From Planctomycetes bacterium UBA7888 (GTDB lineage Bacteria > Planctomycetota > UBA1135): 64,000 bases of DNA. The DNA lies in the NCBI GenBank assembly GCA_002500505.1, contig DLRM01000064.1, forward strand, positions 725 through 64,724, read 5' to 3'. The notes beneath the pieces were generated by a model. The model searched no databases, was not told the DNA's origin, and was given only the letters and a program-made list of their open reading frames with translations. Position numbers and translations under genes: made by a program. Every line of letters begins with the position of its first letter. The first letter of the stretch is position 1. Below, piece after piece: positions 10,421-20,167 of the stretch.

Positions 10421-11191
10421 TTAGCGCCCCTTTAAAAGGCGGTCGCCCAGTATGTCGGGTAATGCTGGGGCTTGATGGATTTTTTCTCGCGCAGATTCTC
10501 GATCGTAGTCCAAGCGGCGCCAACGAACCGTAGCACCATTCCAAAGTGCGTAGCAAAGGCGAGAATCGCTGTCTCGCGGTTGGCCAACGGATCCCACATT
10601 GATGAGATAGCGGCTGTCCGGTTCGAGAGTGAGCTCACTTTGATCATCCGTAGCTCGCACGAATGCACTCCCCTCTTTAAACCATCCAGGGTGATGGGTG
10701 TGCCCAAAAAAGGTCAGTCGATGTGCAGCGGCATCAAAGTTCGCTTGTAGTTTTTCTGGGGATTTTCCGAGAGCGGGCAACAGGTACTCCGTCAAAGGCT
10801 CTCTAGGGCTGGCATGCACCAACTGAACTTCTTCGGCATCTTCGTGAATCCGAAGTGCCATCGCTGGAACAAGTCCTCCAAGCCAATCCCAATACTCATG
10901 GTTGGCTTCCACTTCAGGGTCCAAGCAGCCTCGGGTGTAATCAATGGCGCGCAAGGCCCGCTCGTTGAAGCCAAAAGCTTGCTGGTCATCCAGCAACGCG
11001 GCGTCGTGATTCCCCAGAAGAGTCAAAGTGCATCTCGACCGAACGAGGTCAATGACCTCCTTGGGGTCTGCACCGTAGCCCACAACATCGCCCAAACACA
11101 CGATGGCATCGACTTCCTGTTCATCAATATCCAGCAGCGCAACCTGAAGAGCTTCCAGGTTGGAGTGGATGTCAGAGATGAAGGCAATCAC
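10421..11191 (-). CDS. Metallophosphoesterase (calcineurin-like, YfcE/MJ0936-type)
   Basis: Motifs ISDIHSN, CLGDVVGYG, GNHD, FGHTHHPG and VGSVGQPRD. Confidence 0.8.
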   Translation of the reverse strand: MIAFISDIHSNLEALQVALLDIDEQEVDAIVCLGDVVGYGADPKEVIDLVRSRCTLTLLGNHDAALLDDQQAFGFNERALRAIDYTRGCLDPEVEANHEYWDWLGGLVPAMALRIHEDAEEVQLVHASPREPLTEYLLPALGKSPEKLQANFDAAAHRLTFFGHTHHPGWFKEGSAFVRATDDQSELTLEPDSRYLINVGSVGQPRDSDSRLCYALWNGATVRWRRLDYDRESAREKIHQAPALPDILGDRLLKGR

Positions 11192-11253
11192 AAGGAGTGT
11201 GGTTTTTGGGCTGATGCAGGGCTATTCTGCTCAGGGAGCCGCGCATTCTCCCT

Positions 11254-12222
11254 TTGCCTGGCCTCTCTCGCAAGTTTCCCTTCCTCATGACGCTCTCACT
11301 CCTTCTTTGTGCTGCTCTCCTCCAGTCTCCTGCGGGTCCACTCCCACTGCCGGAAGGCGTTGTGGCTCGCGTAAACAAGGTTGAAATTACGAAACAGGAG
11401 TACCAAGCCTACATGTATACCCGCTTTGGGAAACGCGCCCTTGAGGAGTACATCGCCGACCTCTTGATTGAAGAAGAAGCCAAGGCATACGGAATTGTGC
11501 TTCCTGAGGGTGAAGTGTCTGCCATCGTCCTGGAGCGGGAAAACGCCCAACGCGCTGGCCCCTCGCCAGATTCTCTCGAAGAGGATTTAAAAAGGAGCGG
11601 GCAATCCCTTGAAGGTTATCGAGCCACCTTGGCCGCAGAAATCCGGCGGGAAAAACTAACGAATGCCCTGATCCTCAAAACTCGGGTCGCTACCGATACG
11701 AACCTTCAACTCCTCTTCGAGCGGAAATATGGAAAAGGAGGAAAAAAACTCAGAATCAAGCATATCGTCATCATGCCCAATGTTCTTCGAGCGGAACAGA
11801 TTAAGGAAGGGAGGAAACCTGCGGATATTGACTTGGAAGCCTTGCACGTTGAAGCCCAAGAGCGGGCAGAAGACTTGCGGACTCGACTCCTTGCGGGCGA
11901 AGACTTTGCTCTTCTTGCGAAAGCGGCTTCCCATGACCGAGTCACGCGCGAACGAGGTGGAGAACTTTTAAACTACAACGGACGACTTTACGGATCAGAT
12001 TTCTTTGCAGCTGTGGAAAATCTACCGATTGGAGAATCGACAGCCGTCATCCGCACAGGTGCGGGTTATCACGTTGCCCAAGTAATTGAGCGAACTCAAA
12101 CTAAACTCGATGAAATCCGCACGGAACTCGTCCAAGATTTCCTTTCCGCGCCGCCTTCATGGCAAGAGCGGAATGACCTCGTCAAAGCCCTCCGAGGAAG
12201 GGCCAAAATTCAGCTCTGGTAA
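11254..12222 (+). CDS. Periplasmic peptidyl-prolyl isomerase, parvulin (SurA/PrsA-like)
   Basis: Signal-like N-terminus (MTLSLLLCAALLQSPAG), a SurA-like helical N-domain, and a rotamase core (IKHIVI...GGELL...GYHVAQVIER). The true start may be ATG 11287. Confidence 0.7.
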   Translation: MPGLSRKFPFLMTLSLLLCAALLQSPAGPLPLPEGVVARVNKVEITKQEYQAYMYTRFGKRALEEYIADLLIEEEAKAYGIVLPEGEVSAIVLERENAQRAGPSPDSLEEDLKRSGQSLEGYRATLAAEIRREKLTNALILKTRVATDTNLQLLFERKYGKGGKKLRIKHIVIMPNVLRAEQIKEGRKPADIDLEALHVEAQERAEDLRTRLLAGEDFALLAKAASHDRVTRERGGELLNYNGRLYGSDFFAAVENLPIGESTAVIRTGAGYHVAQVIERTQTKLDEIRTELVQDFLSAPPSWQERNDLVKALRGRAKIQLW

Positions 12223-12779
12223 AGAGATCTTTTCCGGATTCTTTCCAAAACACCTTTCGGGAACGCTTCGGACTTCGCTTCGCCTTGAGAGAGTTGCTCT
12301 CGAAGCTCCGTGGAATCTAAATCCACTCGTGCCATAGGTAGCATTCGACCTGGCATATTGGCTTGCATCCTTTCCCATCCCTCGCGCGGGAAGAAAATTG
12401 GTTCAGCAAGCTCCAAGATGCGTTGAAAGCGCCGCCACGTTGGGAAATGGGATTGAGAATCTCCACCCATAATGAGGAACAGGGTTGGTTTCTCATATTG
12501 ACTTTGGAGAGCCTCCAAGGTGTCCACCATGAAAGAAGGTCCTTTGCGCTCAATTTCTAAACGGCAAATGGCCTCGGATTCACGGCCCTGAATGGCTTGC
12601 TCGAGTAGTTCGATCCGCTGAGCAGCAGGGGTGGGAGGATTTTCCATTTTGTGAGGAGCAAGCCCCGCTGGCACCCAGAGCAATAAGTCAGGGTGAAGAT
12701 GGTCTTGGACAGCGTCAGCGACAGCAAGGTGGCCTGCATGAACAGGATCAAAAGAACCACCAAAAACAGCAATTCTCAT
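12210..12779 (-). CDS. nadD: Nicotinate-nucleotide adenylyltransferase
   Basis: N-terminal MRIAVFGGSFDPVHAGHL (the HxGH nucleotidyltransferase motif), 189 aa. The start overlaps the hisS stop (ATGA). Confidence 0.85.
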   Translation of the reverse strand: MRIAVFGGSFDPVHAGHLAVADAVQDHLHPDLLLWVPAGLAPHKMENPPTPAAQRIELLEQAIQGRESEAICRLEIERKGPSFMVDTLEALQSQYEKPTLFLIMGGDSQSHFPTWRRFQRILELAEPIFFPREGWERMQANMPGRMLPMARVDLDSTELREQLSQGEAKSEAFPKGVLERIRKRSLYQS

Positions 12780-14083
12780 TCTTTCAATAAGTTAAGCAAC
12801 TCGGGCAGAAAATCGCTTTCAGGAATCTTGTTCTCTTCGCGGGTTTTCATATTCCGCAAACAAACATATCCAGCAGCGCGCTCATCCGGACCAAGGAGAG
12901 CAACTGCAAGGGCACCAGATTTTGCAGCTTCTTTCAGCTGAGCTTTGACAGATTTGTTTCGGTAATCCAAATCCACGCCCATAACTCCAGCAGCGCGGAG
13001 ATCGCTTGCAAGCTTGGCAATCGGTTTGCGATCTTCCTCACCTACAGCAACACAATAAACTTGGGTTTGAAGTTCTTGCTGGAAAGGCTCAAGAGTCTCC
13101 GGTTTGGGGAGACCCACTTCGGCCATGGCGATTTCCGTTGCGGTAAAACCAATGGCAAAACCCACAGCAGGAGTCGAGGCTCCACCAACCTCTTCCACCA
13201 AACCGTCGTAGCGGCCACCACCACATAAAGCGGAGCGAGCTCCCAGCGGCGGGTAATGGATTTCAAAAACAGTTCGGGTGTAGTAGTCCAAACCACGAAC
13301 AATACTGGGGTCATCCTGGGGTTTGTGCCCGAGAGCCTCCAGAGTTGCCAGGAACTCCTCGTGGTGGGCGGTGGACTCTTCTGCAAGTTGGCCTCGAAGG
13401 GAAGGCACCCCCTCATTCAAGTTCTGGCATTTTTCAACCTTGCAATCCAGCAAACGGAAGGGATTACGGTCGAAGCGCTCTTGACAATCGGAACAACGGC
13501 CAGCCAGGGAGTCGCTAAAGAAATCTTGCAGTTGAGCCTTCCAGCGCACACGGTCATTGGGGTCCCCCATGGTGTTGACCCGAACCTCCAATTCGGGTCC
13601 AAAACCCAAGTTCTCAAAGAAACGGAGGGCAAAATCCACAACTTCTGCGTCTAGGACAGGATTCTGGGCGCCAAAGACTTCAACACCAAATTGGGTGAAC
13701 TGCCGCTCACGACCCTTCTGAGGTCGCTCATACCGGAACATCGGGCCAAGGTAGAACCACTTCTGGAAGGGGGCCGATGTGGGGCAACCTCCTTGCACAT
13801 AAGCTCTTGCGGCCGAGGCCGTCCCCTCAGGGCGAAAACTGTAAGGCGCGCCACCTTCTGCTCGAGGTGGCACGGTGAACATCTCTTTGTCCACCACATC
13901 GCTCGTTTCCCCCAAAGAACGAGTAAAAAGTCGGGTTTCCTCGAAGAGCGGGGTGCGTATTTCGTGGTAATGGAAGGCGCGAGCCAATTTACGGGCCGTT
14001 TCTTCTAAATACCGCACTCGGATGAGCTCCTCAGGGAACAAATCTCGGGTACCTCTCGGGGATTGGTAAGCGTCGGATGCCAT
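12776..14083 (-). CDS. hisS: Histidine--tRNA ligase
   Basis: PRGTRDLFPEE N-terminus, class II motifs FRYERPQKGRERQFTQFGVE and GGGRYDGL, C-terminal anticodon-binding domain. ATG 14083 (MASDAYQSPRGTRD) is preferred over the ORF-track start at 14182. Confidence 0.9.
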   Translation of the reverse strand: MASDAYQSPRGTRDLFPEELIRVRYLEETARKLARAFHYHEIRTPLFEETRLFTRSLGETSDVVDKEMFTVPPRAEGGAPYSFRPEGTASAARAYVQGGCPTSAPFQKWFYLGPMFRYERPQKGRERQFTQFGVEVFGAQNPVLDAEVVDFALRFFENLGFGPELEVRVNTMGDPNDRVRWKAQLQDFFSDSLAGRCSDCQERFDRNPFRLLDCKVEKCQNLNEGVPSLRGQLAEESTAHHEEFLATLEALGHKPQDDPSIVRGLDYYTRTVFEIHYPPLGARSALCGGGRYDGLVEEVGGASTPAVGFAIGFTATEIAMAEVGLPKPETLEPFQQELQTQVYCVAVGEEDRKPIAKLASDLRAAGVMGVDLDYRNKSVKAQLKEAAKSGALAVALLGPDERAAGYVCLRNMKTREENKIPESDFLPELLNLLKE

Positions 14084-14212
14084 CGTTTTGGAAAAGGATA
14101 GCTCTGCGCATCTCCAACTGTTCACCCTCATCCATTGACGCGACCCCACCCACCTCGTACGCTTTCCACCCCAACGAGCCACCTAAGCCGGCTCGATTCC
14201 CCCATTACAAAG

Positions 14213-14830
14213 ATGAAGCGAATCCGTCTCTTTGCTGTCCTAGCCCTCGCCCTCTTGGCCATCGGCCTAGGCTCCTGTTCCCGCCGTATTGACGCAGACC
14301 TCAGCCAGAAGGTTGCTGGCAGCGTCGGTGACATAAATGCTGTTTACGATGACGTATCCAAGCATTTATTGAACCACGACCCAAAGGATCCTTATGCCGC
14401 TGCTATTTCCCCGATGGCAGGCTCGCACACTTCTCGTGCTTTGAACTTTCGAATGAATCTCGAAGATAGCGGAGAAGACTTCGCCGGCGGCCTGAGTTAC
14501 AGCAGCTTCTACTCGGATTCCATTTCCTGGAACATTGGTATCCACAGTGATGGAGAAGATTACCTCTCGGGTGGTGCACGTTACCACCTCTTTACTGATG
14601 ATGGTCTCTTTGGACTTGGCATCCAGCCCTTTGCCTCCGCGAACTTGGATTACAGTAGTGACTATATGAACTTGCGTTTTGGCGGAGGTGCGGCATGGTG
14701 GCTAACGGAACTCTTTGCTCTTGAAGGTGGTGCCGATACAAGCATGAACATTGCGGCCTCTGATGGCCTTCCTGCCCCCGCAGGTGATGGAGATCTCAGT
14801 GTTTGGATGGGAATGGGCATTCATTTCTAG
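14213..14830 (+). CDS. Small lipoprotein, possible outer-membrane beta-barrel
   Basis: Lipobox MKRIRLFAVLALALLAIGLGSC at ATG 14213. Alternating hydrophobic/G-rich strands and a C-terminal VWMGMGIHF ending in Phe (an OMP beta-signal-like tail). No family recognised. Confidence 0.45.
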   Translation: MKRIRLFAVLALALLAIGLGSCSRRIDADLSQKVAGSVGDINAVYDDVSKHLLNHDPKDPYAAAISPMAGSHTSRALNFRMNLEDSGEDFAGGLSYSSFYSDSISWNIGIHSDGEDYLSGGARYHLFTDDGLFGLGIQPFASANLDYSSDYMNLRFGGGAAWWLTELFALEGGADTSMNIAASDGLPAPAGDGDLSVWMGMGIHF

Positions 14831-14853
14831 GAATTCCTTCGCTCTCATTCCTT

Positions 14854-14892
14854 GAGCCCGGCCTTCGCAAGAAAGCCGGGCTCAACTTTTTT
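14854..14892 (+). terminator. Rho-independent terminator
   Basis: Perfect 9-bp GC-rich stem GAGCCCGGC / GCCGGGCTC with a 12-nt loop, followed by AACTTTTTT. It lies 24 nt after the stop of the 14213..14830 CDS. Confidence 0.65.
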
Positions 14893-14928
14893 GGCGAGGC
14901 CTTCGAAAGCAACGATTAGACTCCTGGT

Positions 14929-15600
14929 ATGAGATTACTCCTCCTTGCGCTCTTCTCCTCCGCTTGCACTCAACCCCTCGTACAAAACCCTGTCCACTCC
15001 CCTCCAATTGATGAAGTTAGGGAGGTTGACGAAGAGGCCGTTGAAAAAGCCGAGCGAAAACTACATCTCACAGCACTTCGCGCAGAGCAATCTATTTTGA
15101 GAATGGAGTTGGACTTGGATTATGCCTTTGAAGATCTTGAGCGAGCAGAAAAAGCCCTCAAGCTTTTTCATGAAGTGAGATTCCCTGCGCGAGTGGCTCA
15201 AGGCGAACTTTCCCTTGAGTGGTCTCGAGATTCCATTTTGGGAACCGAAGAAGAACTCGCTCAGCTGGAACAACTCTACGGCGAGGCTGAATTTGCAGAA
15301 AAGACCGGCGAAATTGTGATTGGCCGAACTCGCCGTCGCCTGGAACGGGAGCGGCGTGCTTTGCAACTTGAAGAGCAAGCGTTTAACCTGGAGGTGGAGC
15401 ATGAGATTCCAATGGAGGCCCGTGGTTTAGAGAGGGAGATTGAAGAGGCCCGCCTTTCCCTACGCGGAATCAAAGTTGAGTTGGAAGCCCTCCATATAGA
15501 AACCGAGGCTGAGCTTCATGAACTTCATAAAGAGTGGGAGGAACTTCGGGAAGAGGATCATGAACACGGACATGACGAAGGCGAAGAGGCTCACGAGTGA
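14929..15600 (+). CDS. Coiled-coil lipoprotein with acidic/His-rich tail
   Basis: MRLLLLALFSSAC lipobox. About 180 aa of heptad-like E/L/R/A sequence, with the C-terminus EEDHEHGHDEGEEAHE. No enzymatic motifs. Confidence 0.45.
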   Translation: MRLLLLALFSSACTQPLVQNPVHSPPIDEVREVDEEAVEKAERKLHLTALRAEQSILRMELDLDYAFEDLERAEKALKLFHEVRFPARVAQGELSLEWSRDSILGTEEELAQLEQLYGEAEFAEKTGEIVIGRTRRRLERERRALQLEEQAFNLEVEHEIPMEARGLEREIEEARLSLRGIKVELEALHIETEAELHELHKEWEELREEDHEHGHDEGEEAHE

Positions 15601-16793
15601 TTCTGACTTCCCTCGCCCTTGCGGTACTCCCGCAAATTCCCGCCGAAGAGTCGAAGGCTCTCGAAGGGATGCAGAAATCTCTTCAGTGGCTCCTGGAAAA
15701 CCAAGAGGGCAATGGCGCTTGGGGCCATTGGCGCGAACCCGAAGCGGACTCTTGGACCAATCCAGAAACTCAACTTTCCTGGCAGGTTGCCACAACCGGA
15801 ATTGGGACTCTGGCCCTATCTGATTTATTGGAACGTTCGTTTCTTTTAGGCCAGGAACCAAGTGGGGAAATCCTCCAAGCATGGAGACGAAGCCTGGACT
15901 ACATCTTTTCCAATGCAAACGTTCGTCGCCCTAGTGACTGGGATACCGACCATACCTGGGCTTTGGTTTATGGCTTGGCCGCCCTCACTCGGGCGGCCCA
16001 ACATGAGGCCTGGGGGCTTCCGGCAGACCCTTCTCTTCAGAAAAAAATCCATGCCACTGGCGCAAAACTGATTGAGCGACTGTGGAAATACCAAACGGGC
16101 CTTGGCGGATGGGCTTACTACGCCGACGAAACCCATGCAGCACGTCCCCATTGGACGACTTCCTTTCAAACGGCCGTTGCCGTTTTGGGATTACTCGAAG
16201 CCCGTGAACTTGGGTGGAAAATTAAGGAAGACCGACTGGCTCTCGCAGTAGAGGCTATTCGCCGGACACGGCTCCCGAACGGTGCCTACGCCTACTCGGT
16301 TTCTCTTTATCCAAATCCAGGCGACTTGGACGACATCAATCAAACCAAGGGTTCCCTTTCCCGCATCCAAGTTTGCAACCTTGCCCTTTACCTTGCCGCA
16401 AAGGCCGGGGTTGGGTCCGATCAACAGCCTCAAGTTGGCCTGGAGGAAATGGCCGAAGGCCTCCGACTCTTTTTTCATGAGCATCGTTTTCTAGATGCTG
16501 CATCTGGGCGACCCATGCCCCATGAAGCTTGGTACGCCAATTCGGGCTACTTTTATTTTTTCGGCCACTATTATGCTGCCGGAGTCTTGAATCTATTGAA
16601 ACCTGATCAGCGAGCGCATTTTCGCCCAAAACTTTGGCACGAAACGCTCAAGCAACAGGCCAAGGATGGAAGCCTGATTGACTTCAAAATGAACTCCTAT
16701 GGCAAACCCTATGGAACGGCTTATGCAATTAGCGTGTTGGCTCGGACCATACCGGTTCGTCCGGAACCACCTTCTTCAACTCAAAATCCTTAA
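15597..16793 (+). CDS. Prenyltransferase / squalene-cyclase-repeat (alpha-alpha toroid) protein, secreted
   Basis: GTG start overlaps the upstream stop (GTGA). Signal-like N-terminus. Repeated QxxxGxW-type motifs: NQEGNGAWGHW, YQTGLGGWAYY, LPNGAYAYS, AKDGSLIDF. Confidence 0.55.
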   Translation: MILTSLALAVLPQIPAEESKALEGMQKSLQWLLENQEGNGAWGHWREPEADSWTNPETQLSWQVATTGIGTLALSDLLERSFLLGQEPSGEILQAWRRSLDYIFSNANVRRPSDWDTDHTWALVYGLAALTRAAQHEAWGLPADPSLQKKIHATGAKLIERLWKYQTGLGGWAYYADETHAARPHWTTSFQTAVAVLGLLEARELGWKIKEDRLALAVEAIRRTRLPNGAYAYSVSLYPNPGDLDDINQTKGSLSRIQVCNLALYLAAKAGVGSDQQPQVGLEEMAEGLRLFFHEHRFLDAASGRPMPHEAWYANSGYFYFFGHYYAAGVLNLLKPDQRAHFRPKLWHETLKQQAKDGSLIDFKMNSYGKPYGTAYAISVLARTIPVRPEPPSSTQNP

Positions 16794-17640
16794 GCAGCTC
16801 AGATGCGGTCGTTTCGGTGCCCTCCGAGACTAGACCTGACCAAGAAGCCAAAAATCCGAGCATTCGCTCGGAGCTCCAACCTTGCTCACGAAAGAAACGA
16901 AGAGTTGTGTCCCCATGTCTCTTCGCTAATCGCCGCCCATCAGCTCCACGTACAAGGGGAACATGGGCATATTGGGGTGGCCCCAAACCAAGAGCCTCGT
17001 GAAGGAGAAGCTGACGGGCCGTGCTTGGCAAAAGGTCGGCACCGCGAAGAACTTCATTGACTCCTTGGGCATGATCATCCACTACAACTGCAAGTTGATA
17101 GGCCGGATCATCGTTTCGGTTCCACACAACAAAATCACCAAGCTGTTCATTCACTTGAATCGATTGCGGGCCAGCGAAACGGTCTTGGAATTCGATCAAA
17201 CAGTCATTTGGAATTCGAAAACGCCAACACATTTCTTCAGCCTCGACAATCTCTCGCGAACGGCAGGTGCCAGGATAAACAAGGCCATCCATGTTTTCGT
17301 GTGGAGCACTCGTAGCTTCCTCCACGTCTTTTCGAGAGCATATGCATGGATAGACCCATTCCTTTGCGCAAAGGTGTTGCAAAGCCTCACGATAAACATC
17401 AATCCTATCGCGTTGGAAAAAAGGACCTTCATCCCAATCCAAGCCCAACCATTTCAAGTCTGCCATGGCTTCCTCTGCCGCATGCGGTTTATTGCGCGGA
17501 CCATCGAGGTCTTCCACACGCAAAACAACTTCTCCGCCACGGCTTCGCAAATCCAACCACGCCAATAAAAAACTACGCGCATTGCCCAAGTGAAGGACAC
17601 CCGTTGGACTCGGCGCAAGGCGGCCCCTGGGTTTCATCAT
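16729..17640 (-). CDS. gluQ: Glutamyl-Q tRNA(Asp) synthetase (truncated GluRS paralog)
   Basis: 303 aa. RLAPSPTGVLHLGNARSFLLAW (HIGH-type), VLRVEDLD, and LAKRHGD (KMSKS-like). No anticodon-binding domain. Confidence 0.85.
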   Translation of the reverse strand: MMKPRGRLAPSPTGVLHLGNARSFLLAWLDLRSRGGEVVLRVEDLDGPRNKPHAAEEAMADLKWLGLDWDEGPFFQRDRIDVYREALQHLCAKEWVYPCICSRKDVEEATSAPHENMDGLVYPGTCRSREIVEAEEMCWRFRIPNDCLIEFQDRFAGPQSIQVNEQLGDFVVWNRNDDPAYQLAVVVDDHAQGVNEVLRGADLLPSTARQLLLHEALGLGPPQYAHVPLVRGADGRRLAKRHGDTTLRFFREQGWSSERMLGFLASWSGLVSEGTETTASELLKDFELKKVVPDEPVWSEPTR

Positions 17641-18800
17641 TGCGGAGATTCATGCTCTTCGCCAGAGCAAAGAAGATCTGCGGCTTCACGCGGCGTCAAA
17701 CCCAACTCTTCAGCTCGAGCACATAAGGCCTCAAATTCCGGCTTGCTTCCCTCGCCTCCTGGTGCTTGCCGAACCTTGAAAGGAAGTTCGCCCAGAACAG
17801 AATCTCGAATCTCCACTTGGCGCGGCAAGCGGCGTCGACTGGAGAACTGGGTTCGGATTCCCAGGGTGCCAAGATGACGAAAAAGAAGTTCTTCCATATT
17901 TTCTTGGTCTTCAGGTTGAGCCAAGACCACCATTTCAAACGCCGGCCTCCCCTTCTTCGCCAATGCCGCTTGCGCAAAGGCTTCAACGGCTCCTCCCGCA
18001 TGAAGAGCAGTCAATGCAGCACCCACTTCTTCTCCAGTGGCATCATCCACTAGAGTTCGAAGTTCAACGAGTTGTTCCGCAACCCCCACCGCTTCTTCCA
18101 GGCTAATGGAAAGAAAGTTTGGGACATCTTCAAAATCATGAGTACCAGCTCCATAGCCGGTCTTCAGGGGGCGCGAAGGCGGCCTAGAGCCAAACTGAAC
18201 ACCCCAAGCTCGAAGTAAAGCAACTCCAGTCGGTGTGGCGCGCTCACCCCGAAGGTCCTGTCCCGTGATGGGCATCCCTTCAAGGAGTTTCAAAGTGGCC
18301 GGTGCGGGAACCGGCATTGCTCCGTGGGCACACTGCACCGTCCCACTCCCAACGGCAACAGGCGTCGCCCAAATCGCAGCAGGATCCAAAGAGTCCAAAA
18401 GTGCACAGGCACCACAAATATCCACTAAGGCGTCCAGAGCGCCCACTTCGTGGAAATGAACTTCTTCCACCGAACAGCCGTGGCATTGCGCTTCGGCCTC
18501 GGCAATGGAACGAAAGGCGGTTTCCGCCCAAAAACGAGCCCGATTTGTCCATTGAACCGAAGCAAGGAGCTCTAGAACATCAGACAAGCCGCGATGAATG
18601 TGTCCCTCCTCGGCTTGAACTTGAAACGACCTCGCAGCCAAGCTCTTTCGAGTGACCAAAGAAGTACTCCAGTCAAACTCTTTGGGAAGCGAAGTCAATA
18701 CTTGGGCCAATACCTTCTCCGAGGCACCGACGTCTAAGAGTCCTGCAACCAACATGTCGCCAGCAACTCCAGAAAAGAGGTTCAAGGATATTTGCCTCAT
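17637..18800 (-). CDS. larC: LarC-family (DUF111) nickel insertion protein
   Basis: N-terminal LNLFSGVAGDMLVAGLLDVGAS and FHEVGALDALVDICG motifs typical of DUF111/LarC. 387 aa. Confidence 0.75.
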   Translation of the reverse strand: MRQISLNLFSGVAGDMLVAGLLDVGASEKVLAQVLTSLPKEFDWSTSLVTRKSLAARSFQVQAEEGHIHRGLSDVLELLASVQWTNRARFWAETAFRSIAEAEAQCHGCSVEEVHFHEVGALDALVDICGACALLDSLDPAAIWATPVAVGSGTVQCAHGAMPVPAPATLKLLEGMPITGQDLRGERATPTGVALLRAWGVQFGSRPPSRPLKTGYGAGTHDFEDVPNFLSISLEEAVGVAEQLVELRTLVDDATGEEVGAALTALHAGGAVEAFAQAALAKKGRPAFEMVVLAQPEDQENMEELLFRHLGTLGIRTQFSSRRRLPRQVEIRDSVLGELPFKVRQAPGGEGSKPEFEALCARAEELGLTPREAADLLCSGEEHESPQ

Positions 18801-19489
18801 GGGTGCTTAGTGTACCCGTCCAGAGGCTTCCTGAACCTTTCTGAACGGCAAAGGATCCAAGCGCCAACTCTGTCCACGCCAATCGAATGAAAAGCACGGG
18901 CACATTCGGAAAGCGTGGCACCTGTGGTGAGAACATCATCCAGAAGCCAGACCCGTGCCGGAATCGATTTTTTCCCTTTGCGAACACGGAATCGACCTTG
19001 AAGTGCCTGCCGCCTTTCCTGGCCAGTTCGAGTCACCTGGGGCTTAGAGAATCCTAGCCGCCGCAATCTCATGCCCCCTCGACTCCACCCGAGTCGTCTC
19101 CGCATGCTTTCTGCCAAATGTTCAGCAAGGTGCCACCCCTTCCAAGTCCTCCTCCAGGAAGCAGGTGGGGCAAAAACGGGTCCTGGCTCGAATCCCATCG
19201 TCTGAATCTCCTTAAAGAGAGCTTGAGCGAGATAAGGGGCACAAGGAGAACGCGGTTCCTCTTTCGCTTGCACAATCAATCGGCGAGGGGTGCCGGAGTA
19301 AGCCCAAAGCACATGAGTTTCTCGAATCCCAAGAGGCACGCTCCCTTCCGTAGAAGGAGACGCAAAAGAAGAACGACAAGCGCGACACAGTTGTTCCTCA
19401 TTGCAGGGCTCTCCACAAGCGGGGCATCCCGGAGAAAAGAGCCCATTCCGGAAACTCGCACACATCGTTCCAAGCATAAAATGGAACAC
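18797..19489 (-). CDS. comF: ComF-family phosphoribosyltransferase-like protein
   Basis: N-terminal Cys pairs CPACGEPC...CRAC, and a C-terminal PRT motif VWLLDDVLTTGATLSECA. Confidence 0.75.
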   Translation of the reverse strand: MFHFMLGTMCASFRNGLFSPGCPACGEPCNEEQLCRACRSSFASPSTEGSVPLGIRETHVLWAYSGTPRRLIVQAKEEPRSPCAPYLAQALFKEIQTMGFEPGPVFAPPASWRRTWKGWHLAEHLAESMRRRLGWSRGGMRLRRLGFSKPQVTRTGQERRQALQGRFRVRKGKKSIPARVWLLDDVLTTGATLSECARAFHSIGVDRVGAWILCRSERFRKPLDGYTKHP

Positions 19490-19518
19490 GCCTGCAAAAG
19501 CCTAAGGTTACTAAAGGT

Positions 19519-20091
19519 TTACCAGCGCTGAGTAGAGCGGAAATGGCGGGAAGAGGCATCCGCTAATCCAACTACTTTGCGAACCCTGGCAACATAACCT
19601 TCTAGGGTGTCGTCTTTCTGAGGGGGCTCCCCGAACAAAGTGCCAATGTCGCGAGTAAGACCAATATTGTCTTCAAAGGCAAAGGGGTTGTCCAAGAGGT
19701 GAGTTTTGAGGTAGCTGCGTAATTTCAACTCAACCTGTCGACGAAGGGTCGCAACAAAAACGAATGCGACCACCAGCTCAACACCCAAGGCTGCCCAAAA
19801 AATCCAATTTTCCAAGGGGTTTGGCATCAAAAATGCCGCCAAAAGAAGGCCAGAACCAAGTACAAAATAAATAGCCCCAGCCTGCCCTCGGGCCTTGGCT
19901 TGGACGGCATCTCTCAACACTCCCAAGTTGCGGGCGGCCGTTCCAAAAACCGCTGCCACTCTATAAGAAGGCCTTCCACGCCCCGCTGAGGAAAGTAAAA
20001 AGAGACCCGCAAGGATATAGGCGGCAAAGCCAAGGACTAAAAGGTCCGTATTCCAAGCGATTCCTTGGAGGGGAGAGGTAGTTTCCTGCAC
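19519..20091 (-). CDS. Hypothetical membrane protein
   Basis: 190 aa with about 3 hydrophobic helices in the N-terminal 115 aa and a soluble C-terminal tail. No motifs recognised. Confidence 0.4.
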   Translation of the reverse strand: MQETTSPLQGIAWNTDLLVLGFAAYILAGLFLLSSAGRGRPSYRVAAVFGTAARNLGVLRDAVQAKARGQAGAIYFVLGSGLLLAAFLMPNPLENWIFWAALGVELVVAFVFVATLRRQVELKLRSYLKTHLLDNPFAFEDNIGLTRDIGTLFGEPPQKDDTLEGYVARVRKVVGLADASSRHFRSTQRW

Positions 20092-20167
20092 GGTGGTATC
20101 CTAAATGAGCCCTCTACCTGAGAAAAGTGCTCACACATTACCCCCAAAATTGAGCTAGAATAGATTT

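Noticed and set aside
14929-15600. Coiled-coil lipoprotein as an HlyD/RND membrane-fusion adaptor
   Set aside because: It contains only a coiled coil, with no lipoyl or beta-barrel domains and no adjacent pump or OMF gene.
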